A stretch of 63,799 nucleotides of DNA, filler included, from Nemertoderma westbladi (Eukaryota; Animalia; Xenacoelomorpha): assembly GCA_032718475.1 (NCBI GenBank). It is 3 parts of 3 records of this genome, joined end to end, with 100 filler letters (N's around TTAATTAATTAA, not from the genome) between each part and the next. Parts side by side here need not be neighbours in the genome. Positions count along the whole stretch, not along the records: positions 30,201 to 48,530 come from JAUCBJ010003046.1; positions 48,631 to 63,799 come from JAUCBJ010004531.1; 1 more part is not named here. The stretch is one strand, 5' to 3'. Under the pieces are notes generated by a model. The model made no database searches and was not told where the DNA came from. It worked only from the letters and a program-made list of their open reading frames with translations. Numbering within the stretch: position 1 is the stretch's first letter; each line of letters starts with the position of its first letter. A program made the position numbers and the translations under genes. This document shows positions 37,315 through 50,180 of the stretch, one piece after another.

Positions 37315-39202
37315 AATAAATGAATTGAATTAAGTCATTTGCCTGACAATGTCACCATTTTATTATAATTAGATTTTGATGTGAAGGAAATTACTGGGTT
37401 CAATTCAAAGTCAACATTTTTAATCTCTAAACAGCAAATATTGTATATAAATAAATTGTAAAATATATTTAGGGTGGAATTAAACCAAATTAGTGACCTG
37501 GGCGAGGATATATTTCGCTTCTTCTTATTGTTCATATATTTTTTTGGAATGATTCACGACGAATAAGGAAACAGTGAAAGTCATAGCACACAGTACTGTT
37601 ACATACGTTATACATGGTGCAATAATTATTGTACTAAAAGAAACCGAAAAACGGGTTGTCTATATAGTCAACAATAATTATTTATGCAGTTCTAATTAAA
37701 TAATAATCAATTAATAATACTTGTCACAATTTTATATGGTTTATTTATTTGTAGGTGTTTGTTTTTATCATTATGTTAGTTATTTTTAGATTATTTATTT
37801 TTTATATATAATTATAAATAGGCTATAGGCCTAATATAATAAATGTAGATCCACTCCTTTCGCACTCAATTCATTCCACGTTTGGGACCTTCGCGCCACA
37901 TGAAAGGGTCTGTCTGTATAGTTAGAGATTTCATTGCTAAACTAGCCAGGGTGCTTGTTTACATTAAAGAGTATCGTAATTATTATAATACAGACGGCCA
38001 TGAGGGTTGAGCATAGTTGTGAGTCCCTGCCACAGACACACCAGGAGTGCAAGCATAGTTATTATTATGTGCTATTATCACCTCGACCAGGGTTGGAAGT
38101 GCAACTCAAAAACTAAATCTAATATCACATCACCCATCTATCGTGATCCATTTACTGATGACTCTATATTGGAGGTGACTGGTTCGAATCGGAGCGAAGC
38201 CCGAGGCAGTGCGATTGTTTGTGGTTCAGCTGCCCAGCGAGAAGATAAAGAAATGGTTGGATAGTGACAGAGTTGACACATATTCAATTTTGGGAGTAAG
38301 AGAGGCGACGATACAACGCACATTACAGGCGTTCCATTGATATTTTATATAGAATTACTACATTATACATCCACCGGAATTACGTATATTAATTCTAGGA
38401 TCCAAACCAAAATATCGGCCACAATAATTTGTGACATTATAACATATAATATATAGCACATTAATTCATATTCAACCAGTTCAATTTATGGTTTTATTCG
38501 TACACCTCTTTAAAACAATAATAAATCGAAGAAAACCAATATCATTAACCATACATTATGTATAAATAAAATAATAACTGTATAAATTGACTCAGAATTA
38601 TTGTATTGGCACTTCGGGAATATCTCAGATTGAGCTAAGGGGTGGATTAAGGATTGCGTTTGTACATGTCGTAATTTAATTTGAGAATGTCACGGCCAAT
38701 AACAATTATACTTCGGAGAATCCCGAAGTATAATTAATTGTTCAGTTGCATCAGAACATAAATGTATTGATTATATCGAATTAATAAGTCAGTAAACCAA
38801 TTATGATACTAAAACGAATGTTTCTTTAAGTGAAAAATGAAAGTAGCTCAAGCAAAATGTCCATTACAATGCGCAATACCGATCTTAAGCGGAATCCATT
38901 TGAAAATTGGACTAAATGAGGAAATTCAAAAACAACATCAAATAATTAATATATTTCTGTAACAGAACCTATAATTAATTTATAAGGCAAGTAAAACTTA
39001 TTCCTTAACATTGACCAATAACGGCAACATATAGTTAGTATAATATATAACATAAACAATATCATTAAGTATTTGTGTCCTTATTGCAACAAAGAGTTAT
39101 TACATTACACTGCCATTACCACAGGCACAATTTAGGTAAATATAATATAAAATTAAAATAACGCATTTTTATTTATATCGCCAGTCCAGTTTGTATTTTT
39201 TT

Positions 39203-39964
39203 TTACGAATTGAACACAACTCTATATTCGTCGTCCAATGCTAATCGTTTATAATTTGGATTCAAAACAACAAACCCAACCAAACCGGCCAGTAGAACAA
39301 TAGCGACGCCCAAACAGTTAGCGAGAACTCCCTGGGGAGGCAGAAACTTATAGAGCAACCGTTGGTCCTCGGGTCCTGTAAGCGACTCGAAGGAAAGTTT
39401 CTCTGTGATCCCGGTGAGGGAAGCGACGACGGCCATGCCGAATATAGCGAGTCCGAAACAGACGTGGATCGGCATGTAGAACCGCCGGTACTCCATAGCG
39501 AGACCGGGGAAGAGAAAGGTGACGAAACCGAAGACGAGTTGAAGGCTAAACAGTAGAACGGTGGACAAACCGATCCAGCTGTGTAGACTGTACATGTTTG
39601 GGATATGGTTGGCATTATGGTTGTCGAACACAGCTACCAAGCCGACTGTTGCGAAACTTAGGATGGCCACGTGGATAAAGGCGTGGAGGAGTTTGACGTT
39701 CTTCTTGGGTTTGGTGCGGAAGACGCGATAGACTATGATGGCATCGGCGTACAGTACGATCATACCGACTACCATGCACAATGGATGTAGGTTGAACTGG
39801 AACCTGGAGCCGTCCCACGCGAAACCCCCAAGGCATTGGCCAGTCCACACCGCGACTAGAGTGAGGATAAGAAGTCCTATTACCTGCGCGGAACCAACGG
39901 CCAGCGGGAAGTATTTGAATTTATTTTCGATTTGGAATCTATCTATCATAGGCGATTGTTCCAT
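39203..39964 (-). CDS. Cytochrome b561 family ascorbate-dependent transmembrane reductase (CYB561A3/CYBRD1-like), single coding exon
   Basis: Six hydrophobic segments. Heme-ligand motifs 'FNLHPLCM', 'KLLHA', 'NMYSLHSWIG' and 'YMPIHVCFG', plus 'GITEK'. Confidence 0.95.
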   Translation of the reverse strand: MEQSPMIDRFQIENKFKYFPLAVGSAQVIGLLILTLVAVWTGQCLGGFAWDGSRFQFNLHPLCMVVGMIVLYADAIIVYRVFRTKPKKNVKLLHAFIHVAILSFATVGLVAVFDNHNANHIPNMYSLHSWIGLSTVLLFSLQLVFGFVTFLFPGLAMEYRRFYMPIHVCFGLAIFGMAVVASLTGITEKLSFESLTGPEDQRLLYKFLPPQGVLANCLGVAIVLLAGLVGFVVLNPNYKRLALDDEYRVVFNS

Positions 39965-40860
39965 CTCTGTAACTCATTTATTTATTACATAAATAGGACA
40001 GAAGGGTGAGTTATAGAATATTATTATATTAAATATGAGATAAATATAAAATTATATTTTGCATTATATTATTGTCATAAATGTAATTAATATCATAAAT
40101 AATATGATAAACTGCAGTAGATAAATGAGGAACAAAAATTAACATTGTTGACCCAAAGTTAAGGCACTGATATCAGCACGAAAATTCGTAGAAAAACACA
40201 TTAAATACAGAATTGCTTACAATATATTAATTAAGAACATTATCGCTTAGGTATACATTATAGAATTATAATGCAATTAATAATCTTAGATTATAACTAA
40301 TATGCCTCACTAACTATAAACTAAATAATATACATATAATAACAAAATAGTAACATAAACACAACATCCTGTGAGTTTATAGAATAAAAACCTTTACTAT
40401 ACAATAAGCCTGTACTAATAATCATCAAATACTACACTATAAATATATAACAGTTTAAATAAGTGTATTAGTGTATAACATATACTATACAATGTCAATG
40501 CGTGTTTGTTGTTATCCTAATATTGAATTCTTAAATAAACTGTTATAGGGGAGTGAAATTGCCTCGCTGAAAGAGGGAATAATGAAATTGTTTAGATATT
40601 AGAATTATAAATATTTTACAAATATAAATATATTTAAGTCTAGAGTCGCGAATTCTATCTCGACGAATTACGTTAATTATCTAATAAAAACTGACAGAAG
40701 ATGGGGTTCACTGTTACAAATCTGCAAGAAAAAACACAGAAACGAGACATGGTACAGTGGTAGGCCCTAGCCTTCTAGTATCCACAACTGTTGGAACTAG
40801 TACACAGAACAACAGTTGTAGTAATGAGTCGTTACGTTATATACAGATACGCTACATACT

Positions 40861-41292
40861 CTATTTGCCTTCCAGCTCCGAGTCGCAAGGGGTTCTTAAT
40901 AATACGACTGGTTTATTGTCGTCTCGACGTTGTAACAAGATTTCTCCCTCGAAGTGAACCAGTCCTTGTCTTCTAGCGCGGATAAGCATACCGACCAGTT
41001 TATTGCTAATCCTCGTATAGATGAGGAACAGCTCTCCGAACAGTATAGTCTTGAATCCATCTGTGTTTACTTGGCCGTGATCGGCGATTATTCGACAGAG
41101 TTCTAGAACCTCGCGACTCACTCTCGAATGAGCCGCTAATCCTCGCGCTTCGGTTTTCGATCCTTCCACCGGTCGTCCGTATGTGGCATCGTGGGCAGTT
41201 AGACTGTCTAGATGTGATTGTCCGGCGTAAACCGTACCGAAAGGATCTTTTGGTTTGTCCGACATCACATCCAACATCAGCGCATGCCGCAT
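40861..41292 (-). CDS. ABRA: ABRA/STARS-like Costars-domain actin-binding protein (short form; start uncertain)
   Basis: 'YGRPVEGSKTEARG', 'FGELFLIYTRISNKLVGMLIRARRQGLVHFEGEILLQRRDD' match the C-terminal domain of ABRA. Confidence 0.88.
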   Translation of the reverse strand: MRHALMLDVMSDKPKDPFGTVYAGQSHLDSLTAHDATYGRPVEGSKTEARGLAAHSRVSREVLELCRIIADHGQVNTDGFKTILFGELFLIYTRISNKLVGMLIRARRQGLVHFEGEILLQRRDDNKPVVLLRTPCDSELEGK

Positions 41293-42297
41293 GGGGTTGC
41301 AGCTCCAGGCAACCAGGGTTCATGAGGCGAGGCAGCGAGGATATCACAGTACTGCAGGATCGGTACCTTACAGTACTGCAGTAGTACCTATCCTATCCTG
41401 CTATCATCATGTTACTGTGATAAGTCCCTAAAAGGTGCCACCCTGCTCCATAGCGCGGGAAATTCAACTGATTGAAAGACATGTAAAATTGCTGAAATTA
41501 GCGAAGGCCGATCTTTTCCATATTTATGGCACTATTTTCATTAATTTTCAGTAGGAACTTATTTTATGCTACTTTTCTTAGGTGGATATTTTCACATTAA
41601 CGATAATTTCACATTATGACCGCCAGGTAGAAATTGGGCTACTATTTTCTATTTATATCATTTGCAACTGACGTCCCTGGGACCTTTACAATAAGATTCA
41701 CAATTGACGATTGATAAAATATGATGTTGGTATTTTTAACTTAATATTGACAAACCGAATAAAAATTGTGTTTTATAGAATTGGTTGACAATTATTCAAA
41801 TTTTTCATTATACATATTACCATGGCAACGGGATTGAAAAAATATTTAAATATAGAATATTTTAATAAACTTTTATTCCCATTACTCGCCTACCAAATCT
41901 CAAGAACAGAATCCCTCGTCGTCTTGAATTACAGACGGGCAAAGTTTGAACTTTGTACCCGGTTACCTTGACAACAACAATATAAAAATTCCAGAAACAT
42001 ATTTTATTACAATTCTATGAACACTAGTCATCATATCCACGGGTTTGTCTTTTTGCCGTATGTGTACGTATTTGAATGAGTTCCCGTAGCCTACCGTAGG
42101 CTACCGTATGTGGGACGTATTTGCCCGTATTCAGGAAGCAGAATCAGTGCACTGCTTACCGCTAACGCAACGGTACGGTACCTGGCAACCTGGCCTGTTT
42201 TAAGTGTTTTTATACTACGTGTTCTATGCTCCCGGTACCAGGGGTTTGGAAATTCTCTGCGAGTTTTTTTTTTCAAGGATATTTTTTATTATTTATC

Positions 42298-42397
42298 ATT
42301 ATTATGAAATAATGATAATAATTATTATGAAATGATGATAATAATTATTTTGAAATATAATGATAATAATTATTATGAAATAATCATAATAATTATT
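42298..42397 (+). repeat. AT-rich tandem repeat of about 23 bp (ATTATTATGAAATAATGATAATA), about 4 copies
   Basis: Read directly from the sequence. Confidence 0.8.
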
Positions 42398-42719
42398 ATA
42401 CTGTTTGTTGATGGCTGAAAGTTAAATTGCCCAGGCTAGTATAACACGAAGTGGGGCCTTCGCGCAGCACGTGACTTGAACTTATGTTAAGTGTCAACTC
42501 GAAAGAAATATTTGCAAAATGTAAACATGTCCCCTTAGTCACAATAACACATAGAGGCTGACTGAGAAATTGCAATCGATTTAAGACTTCATAAAAACTC
42601 GGTCTGAGGTCTAGAATATATATAAATGTAATAAGAGGTCTAGAATATATGTAAATGTAAAAGTAAAAAAGCAGGCCTACATTTTCTTCGACTATTAGGC
42701 CAGGGATTACGCACAAAGT

Positions 42720-42940
42720 CTGGCGACTTATTTCCAGTGCGGTCCCCCAGAACTTTACTCCCCAGAGGAAACTCTAGTACTCATTTAGCTACCACTTAAG
42801 GATGTAAGGCAGAGATGCGCCCTGGCTGGTTCCTTTAAAGCATTCGTACCGAAACGAAACCTGCCCTGGCCCATGCGTGGATTGTACCCACGACCTACTA
42901 GAGATGTGAATTCTATGCAACCACTACACCAAGGTGTGAC
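42720..42940 (-). mobile_element. tRNA-derived SINE, copy 2
   Basis: Homologous to 34200-34398 (AGTACTCATTTAGCTA...CCGAAACGAAA...AACCACTACACCAAGGTG). Confidence 0.7.
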
Positions 42941-43019
42941 CTATGTGCCAGGTATCAGGAAAAGGATTATAAACAATAATATGAAAGGGCAGACGTTTTA
43001 ATTTCACACATATCTAAGA

Positions 43020-43620
43020 TGTTTAATTTCAGCCCACTAGCGGTAGACTGGAGAACTGCCGAGAGAATACCATCCCAACAAAGATGCTACCTATGTATGG
43101 TCTACGGTCTAGCATGTCTGCCAAGTATCAGCTTGAATGGATAAAAAATAACCAAATGAGAGAAAGTTTTCACTTTCAGACATTTCAACCTCTAGCGGCA
43201 AACTAGAGAACTGAGAACCGATCAAATTCTTCACACAGACGAACCATGTGGTCTGGTACATATTTACCAAGATTCAGCTTTAAACAGATTAAGATCAAAG
43301 GAACTGGAAGGTTAATACTTCCATACATTTCGCCCTCTAGCGACATACTGGAAAACTGCAGACTGACCGATTACAGAGACCACGAAGATACATGATGTGT
43401 TCTAGCACATATCTGACAACTTTCAGCTTGTATGGATCATAAATAACGGAATGGATAAATAACTTTCAGGCATTTCGCTCTCTAGCGGAAGACAAGAGAA
43501 CTATAGACGGGTTAGCCCCCTTTGAATGCCACAGCTAATGGTCTAGTACATATCTGCCAAGTTTCAGCTTAAACGGAATAAAAGCAAAGAAATTGGAGGA
43601 CATTTACTGTTTAGACATGT
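43020..43620 (+). repeat. Diverged tandem repeat of about 145-155 bp, about 4 copies
   Basis: Recurring CTCTAGCG..ACTGGAGAACTG and ATCTGCCAAGTTTCAGCTT blocks near 43037, 43191, 43338 and 43482. Confidence 0.75.
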
Positions 43621-44193
43621 TGGAGACTGATGAACTGGGTTTCTTAAAGTTTATAAAAAATCTCACCTTTTGGTCCTGTAATAATGCCAACAAATTTTCA
43701 ACACGACACCGACACAGCGTTACATCCGACAAAGTTATTAGCATGTCAAATCGTAACGAAGACTACGTCGCGGCGTCAACAACTATTTGCCAAACTGTCC
43801 CACCCCTAATCTTAAGCGATCAGAGGACGTTACTCCTTACTGATAAGCGGTCTGACTTGGTCCGACGCAATCTCTCAATTTGAACACAAGCAGAACCTTC
43901 AGAACCGTCTGCTAAGAATAATTTACTATTTCGAACTATACGGCTCTGACAATCACTCGCTCCTTTCTCTGTTGATTTCTCAACAGAGAGCTAACTGTTC
44001 GAATCTATAAGCCACACAGCAATAACCAAAACAATAAATCTGAAATGGCTCCCTAAGCTACTTAAAATGAGTGCGGGTGGTCTAACACTCGGCGTTCACT
44101 TATCACAGAGAAACACTGGAAATTATCGGGCGGAATTATGTCGAATGTGAGAATATTTAATATGTATAATGGGATAGGCTATTTATGGGATGG

Positions 44194-45250
44194 GCAGGTT
44201 ACAGAGACGGGATTTTCTAACCAAAACAATAAACGATAACATTACCAATTGAGATAAAGGAGCAGGTTACAGAGGCGGGTTTTTCTAACCAAAACAATAA
44301 ACAGTCACTTTACCAAATCAGGGAAAGGAGCAGGATACAGAGACGGGATTTTCTAACCAAAACAATAAACGATCACTTAACTAATTGAGGGAAAGGAGCA
44401 GGTTACAGAGGCGGGATTTTTTAACCAAAACAATAAACGATCACTTAACTAATTGAGGGAAAGGAGCAGGTTACAGAGGCGGGATTTTCTAACCAAAATA
44501 ATAAACGATCATTTAACTAATTGAGGGAAAGGGGCAGGTTACAGAGGCGGAATTTTCTAACCAAAACAATAAACGATCAGTTAACTAATTGAGGGAAAGG
44601 AGCAGGCTACAGAGGCGGGATTTTCTAACCAAAACAATAAACAATCATTTAACTAATTGAGGGAAAGGGGCAGGTTACAGAGGCGGAATTTTCTAACCAA
44701 AACAATAAACGATCATGCAACTAATTGAGGGAAAGGGGCAGGTTACAGAGGCGGGATTTTCTAACCAAAACAATAAATAGTCACTTTACTAAATGAAGGA
44801 AAGGAGCAGGTTACAGAGGCGGGCCTTTCTAACCAAAACAATAAACGGTCACTTTACCAAATCAAGGAAAGGAGCAGGTTACAGAGACGGGACTTTCTAA
44901 CCAAAACAATAAACGAAAATTTAACTAATTGAGGGAAAGGGGCAGGTTACAGAGGCGGGATTTTCTAACCAAAACAATAAACAGTCATTTTACTAAATTA
45001 AGGAAAGGAGCAGGTTACAGAGGCGGGCCTTTCTATCCAAAACAATAAACGGTAACTTTACCAAATCAGGTAAAGGAGCAGGTTACAGAGGCGGGATTTT
45101 CTAATCAAAACAATAAACAGTCACTTTACTAAATGAAGGAAAGGAACAGGTTACAGAGGCGGGCCTTTCTAACCAAAACAATAAACGGTCACTTTACCAA
45201 TTCAGGGAAAGGAGCAGGTTACAGAGGCGGGATTTTCTAACCAAAACAAC
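44194..45250 (+). repeat. 68-bp tandem repeat, about 15.5 copies (same family as 26030)
   Basis: The CTAACCAAAAC register runs from 44217 to 45237, exactly 15 x 68 bp. Confidence 0.97.
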
Positions 45251-45407
45251 CGGTCAGCCGGTAGGCCTACCAGTACCGTATTTAAATGGTAGGCTACACA
45301 GTAGGCCTACACAGCAGTACCGGTGCCGGTACCGGTACTAAAATACCTGCTTTATACCTACATCTGTACATGCAATACTACAAAATAGTGCTCTATATAC
45401 TATACCG

Positions 45408-45600
45408 TACCGGTACTGATAGCCTGAGAGAACAGCAGTAGAGAAACCGGTAGCATGGAACCTAACGGTAAATTTCTGGAGGACATAAAAAGTAAAAAAA
45501 AACTAATACCGGTACTGATAGCCTGAGAGAACAGCAGTAGAGAAACCGGTAGCATGGAACCTAACGGTAGATTTCTGGAGGACATAAAAAGTCAAAAAAA
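45408..45600 (+). repeat. 99-bp direct repeat, 2 copies
   Basis: TACCGGTACTGATAGCCTGAGAGAACAGC... at 45408 and 45507. Confidence 0.9.
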
Positions 45601-46599
45601 GGACAAAAAAAGGATTTAACGGACAATAAAAATTATTGCGAATAACATGTCTTTCAATCATTTGAATTTCCCGCGCTATGGAACAGGGTGGCACCTTTTA
45701 GGGACTTGTACTACCGAGTACCGGTACAGGATACAGGAATAGACCCTAAGACTAATGTATTGAATGATGTAGGCCTAATACATCACTCAGTATATCCGTT
45801 TTGTGGTGCTTTTACTTTTTTATCCATTTTTTTTCAGATTTTGGTTCCAGGGATCCGGTCTAGGCCTACTGCTGTACTCTTAGACCATCAGTAACGGTAT
45901 TTGGTATCAGTATATTATACTGTAGAACAGTTGTCGATTTGATTTATACAGTAAACTACTGTAGTAAGAATTATACGGCAGTACTGCGAACTGCGATACA
46001 TATTATATTGTGATGTCAATATGTACTGTCTTAAAATTATGGTCTTACTGTCTTAGTTGTAGAATAAATTTTTTAAGGCAGTTATTTTTTATGACCCCTT
46101 TTTTTGCTCTTTTTGACCACTTTTTTCGAAATTACTTTATTATTATTATTATTAACATGCACACTACAAATACAAGTATATGTAGTGGCACAAAACACAA
46201 ACATAACAAGTTAATGACCTAAATATTGACCAATAGAAAAGAGAGAAATAACTACAGTATAAGCACAAGCTTAACATTAGGTAGAAGCGACAAAATGTAA
46301 TAATTAAATAATTTCAGTCTTATTGAATAAACCACTAACAAATTGTTCACCTTGAATAACCGAAATCAATTCGCGACAGACCCCTTTTTTTCCGACATTC
46401 AGACTGTATTGAAACAACATCCAGACTGCGATTCACACAGCAAACGACTTTCAGTCCTACTCAGTTTTAATGAAGTCACTGTATAATAAATTAAATACAC
46501 ACTACATTCAGACATTACAAAATACAATTAAATTAAATCAACTGTGTGCAGCTCTCCTAACAACTTAATTAACATGCACACAAGATGGCGGCTATAAGG

Positions 46600-46782
46600 C
46601 ATTTTTCTAACCAAAAATCACTTTGACTGTTTAGCCAAATGAGGGAAAGGAGCAGGTTACAATGGCGGGCTTTTCTAACCAAAACAATAAACGATCACTT
46701 TACCAATTGAGGGAAAGGAACGTTACAGAGGCAGGTTTTTCTAACCAAAACGATAAACGATCACTTTTTCTAAACAAAACAA
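46600..46782 (+). repeat. Diverged units of the 68-bp repeat family, about 2.5 copies
   Basis: TTTTCTAACCAAAA...GGAGCAGGTTAC motifs. Confidence 0.85.
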
Positions 46783-48530
46783 TATTGGCATTGTTGATCT
46801 TGATGGTAGAGTAGGCGGGCTGTAGGCATGGTATAATATATCACAATAGTAATGCTCAATTACAACAGAAATCAAGACAGCTGGTTAATTGCTGGGCATC
46901 ATACTGGCTTCTGGTCCGCGGACGCGAGGTACCCAAATTGCGGATTTTTGTATAATGTAATCATGTACAATTAAATATATAAATGTTCTTTGCCCACTAT
47001 AGATGTTTGAATATTTATAAATTACAACATTTTAAAATGTACAGTAAATCAGCAGATATTGATACGAGTGGCCGTCCAACGTAAATGTTAATGTGTCAGC
47101 TGGTTTGCTGTACTGTACCCGATCTAACATCTTCTTAGGTCATGTGTAAATCTGATGACTCATTAAAGATTAGTCGTATGTATATTTCTGTATTTGACCA
47201 TATTGCCATATGGCTGTATGGTAATAAAATATACCCTTCATTGATGGGAGGGCCGTCTACAGTATGTAATTGTTCGTGAGCAAGCTTGATGACCGCTGTA
47301 TATACTGCCGTCCTAACTTGTTGTTAGATCAGGTGTGAAGGGGGCGGTTTAATTCGGAAGCATACTATGATTCGCCGGAAGCCTAATATGTAGATTATAA
47401 TAAGGCAATGTAATGTACTCTACCTAATATTTGCTTACCTAGCGGAATTGGGAATTGGGATGCTATCGAAAGGCTAAACTACTGCTTCCGTCAATAGAAA
47501 TAATGGATACTGAGAGTAGGGCATATGTTTATGAAAGAAGTGGCAAGTGCTGCTTATACGCGGCCCAACTATCAGTACTGTAGTATCATTCTTCTGGTAT
47601 TTGATCTTCCCTATGTGACTTTTTCATACCAAGAATGCTATATACTGATATACAAGGACAAACTATCGGTAGTATCATATACTAGTGGTATTTGGTCCAT
47701 ATGCTATTGGATTTTTTAATACCAACCGCAAAACTTTCCAAACCCCATTTTTGGATTTGGCCCCCAAAGAAACCCTTTTCCCGGGAGAACTTCCCCAGAA
47801 CAAAAGCATTGCTGTTGCTAAATGATTTAGAAATAAGTGATTGCCTCGTACTGTTTATACTCCTAGTATTATAAATTAAAAATATATACGAATAACAACA
47901 TACAGTACATATATTCAGAGTGGAAATAACGTTGTATAAGGAATCGTTTTACAGAGCATTCTTGTTGATTTTTCTGATGGAATAGATTGTAGTAATAGAG
48001 TAGCTAGTTTTATTGATAATATTTAATATTGAAATTTATTCGTTTGATATTCATATTTAAAAGCATTTCACAATTTGTAAACATAAATTCTCCAATGAAA
48101 TAAACTCTCAATAATACACTCAATAAATTTTGCAAATGATGTTTAGCATTTATTCGATTTGCAATTATGTTTATCGACAGGTTTCTACGGCGCATTTGTG
48201 CGCGTCGGGACATACAGTATCGAGTACCATGAGGTCGGCCAGCAGACATGCGTTTACTTATTGTAAGAGCGGGTGTTTGAAAAAGGAGGACTGGACACAG
48301 AAAACATGGACAATGGACAGACCAATCACGGGCGATTTGCGTCACACAGCATGTCCACATGAATTGGTGCTTGGGATTGGTTAATAAACTATTATTTGAT
48401 TGGACGTTGAAATCATGTAACGAATGGAGATAGGGGTCGAATTAGTGTAAAGGGTTTTATACTCAGTTGAGGTAGAAAGTGTTCCAAACGCTGTAAGGAA
48501 TGGAGAGAGGGGTAGAACTAGTGTAAGGGT

Positions 48531-48630
48531 NNNNNNNNNNNNNNNNNNNNNNNNNNNNNNNNNNNNNNNNNNNNTTAATTAATTAANNNNNNNNNNNNNN
48601 NNNNNNNNNNNNNNNNNNNNNNNNNNNNNN
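48531..48630. other. Scaffold gap with artificial TTAATTAATTAA spacer
   Basis: N-run / spacer / N-run. Confidence 0.98.
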
Positions 48631-49121
48631 GGTTGACTTGTGTTGTACCACAAGCTAAACTAGACCAACGTTCTTGCCATACCCTGATTCCATATGACTG
48701 TGTTTAACAACTTTTTCAGTTCGGTAGGCCTACTGCAGTATGTTACAGAATGACATAATGTTCCTTAGTTACGGCTCGTTATGCTATCAGCTGATACTTT
48801 GATTATTTCGAATTTCAGTAATCCTATTTCGATAGTCGAAATTTTATAAAGCCCTATATTTTTTGAAGACTGTTGGTAGACTATCTGGGACTGTTTTCTG
48901 ACGGGTGTTGATGAGTTTGTGTCACCGTTAGTAGGTGTAATGGATTTCTCGTGCCTCTTGGCACAATAAGCTCCTAAAATGGCTTCGAATCTCTAAAGGT
49001 TCCATTGTTCTGGTTCCCGGCTGTCATAAAAATATTTCCCACTAGAACACGGTCCTTCAATTATTATTATTATTATTATTATCCGGCTTGCGCCCCGGCG
49101 GCTATATTAGAGTCATAATTA

Positions 49122-49590
49122 GTAAAAGAGAACCACAATAAACGGTTCACATTAAAATTGCATTTAAATATTAAACAGAATTAAATGTGCAGTTAGCTGA
49201 AAAGGATTCACATTAAAATTGCATTAAAATATTACTTGAAATGAATGTGCAGTTAACATCTGATGTATAGAGCAGACGCAGAGTATATGTAAAAGAGAAC
49301 CACAATAAACGGTTCACATTAAAATTGCATTTAAATATTAAACTGAATTAAATGTGCAGTTAGCTGAAAAGGATTCACATTAAAATTGCATTAAAATATT
49401 ACTTGAAATGAATGTGCAGTTAACATCTGATGTATAGAGCAGACGCAGAGTATATGTAAAAGAGAACCACAATAAACGGTTCACATTAAAATTGCATTTA
49501 AATATTAAACTGAATTAAATGTGCAGTTAGCTGAAAAGGATTCACATTAAAATTGCATTAAAATATTACTTGAAATGAATGTGCAGTTAA
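49122..49590 (+). repeat. 167-bp tandem repeat, about 2.8 copies, with an internal dimer; possibly the 3' UTR of a minus-strand LINE ending at the (TTA)n tract near 49060-49082
   Basis: GTAAAAGAGAACCAC at 49122, 49289 and 49456. The LINE reading is inference only. Confidence 0.9.
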
Positions 49591-50180
49591 CTAAATAAGT
49601 ATGTCCAGCGAAAACAGAAGTTATAAGCCCACCAAGACCATCTTATTAGTCTCTTGCAAAACCTCCTTTCTCAGTGACATAGGTATGTCTGGCCTGTTGA
49701 GGAGAGATAGATTAATCAGCGTGAGGAACATATCACGATCAGTGATTTGGTGCTGCAACTCTTTCTTCCGTTTTTGTATGCAGTGTTGAGGGGAGTAATT
49801 ATGCACAGCTAGTGAATTCAGTCAATGACTTGTTAATTATGGACATCTTTTTGACTCATCTTTTTGTCATCAATACAAAGTATTGTCCTTAATTAGACCT
49901 ATCCCACATTCATGTGAAGTTTTGTTCAGAATATTATGGTGAATATTCAATATTTAATCCGATTTTGGGGCTTGGGGCCAAATGTGGAAGACATTTTTTC
50001 ACAAATTTTTTTTTTTTTTTAGAGAAAATAAACATTTTGAATAAATAAAATATTTAATTTCGCACTTTTAATTTAATTTAGGTGTATGGCACAAATTTAA
50101 TTTTTCTGATACCACAATGTGGGATTTATATGCTTCTATCTCAATCAATGATTACTACAGTAATTATTACATCTTTGTAG

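Larger units (their letters stand above)
41422..45707. mobile_element. 4.3-kb TIR element with no visible transposase
   Basis: 63-bp TIR (41422-41484 and 45645-45707) with 2 mismatches. No convincing TSD, so the superfamily is unassigned. Confidence 0.8.

Noticed and set aside
38704-38735. 13-bp hairpin AATTATACTTCGG / CCGAAGTATAATT between NDST and b561
   Set aside because: The stem is real, but it is isolated, has no TSD or second copy, and a bacterial-type terminator is not meaningful here.
44194-45250. CRISPR-like look of conserved blocks with variable segments
   Set aside because: The variable segments are homologous to each other, the period is a fixed 68 bp, there are no cas genes and the context is eukaryotic.
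46135-46560. Possible LINE 3' ends on the minus strand (also about 24140-24490 and 49600-49920)
   Set aside because: Only microsatellite tails and weak composition cues; I could not read diagnostic RT motifs.
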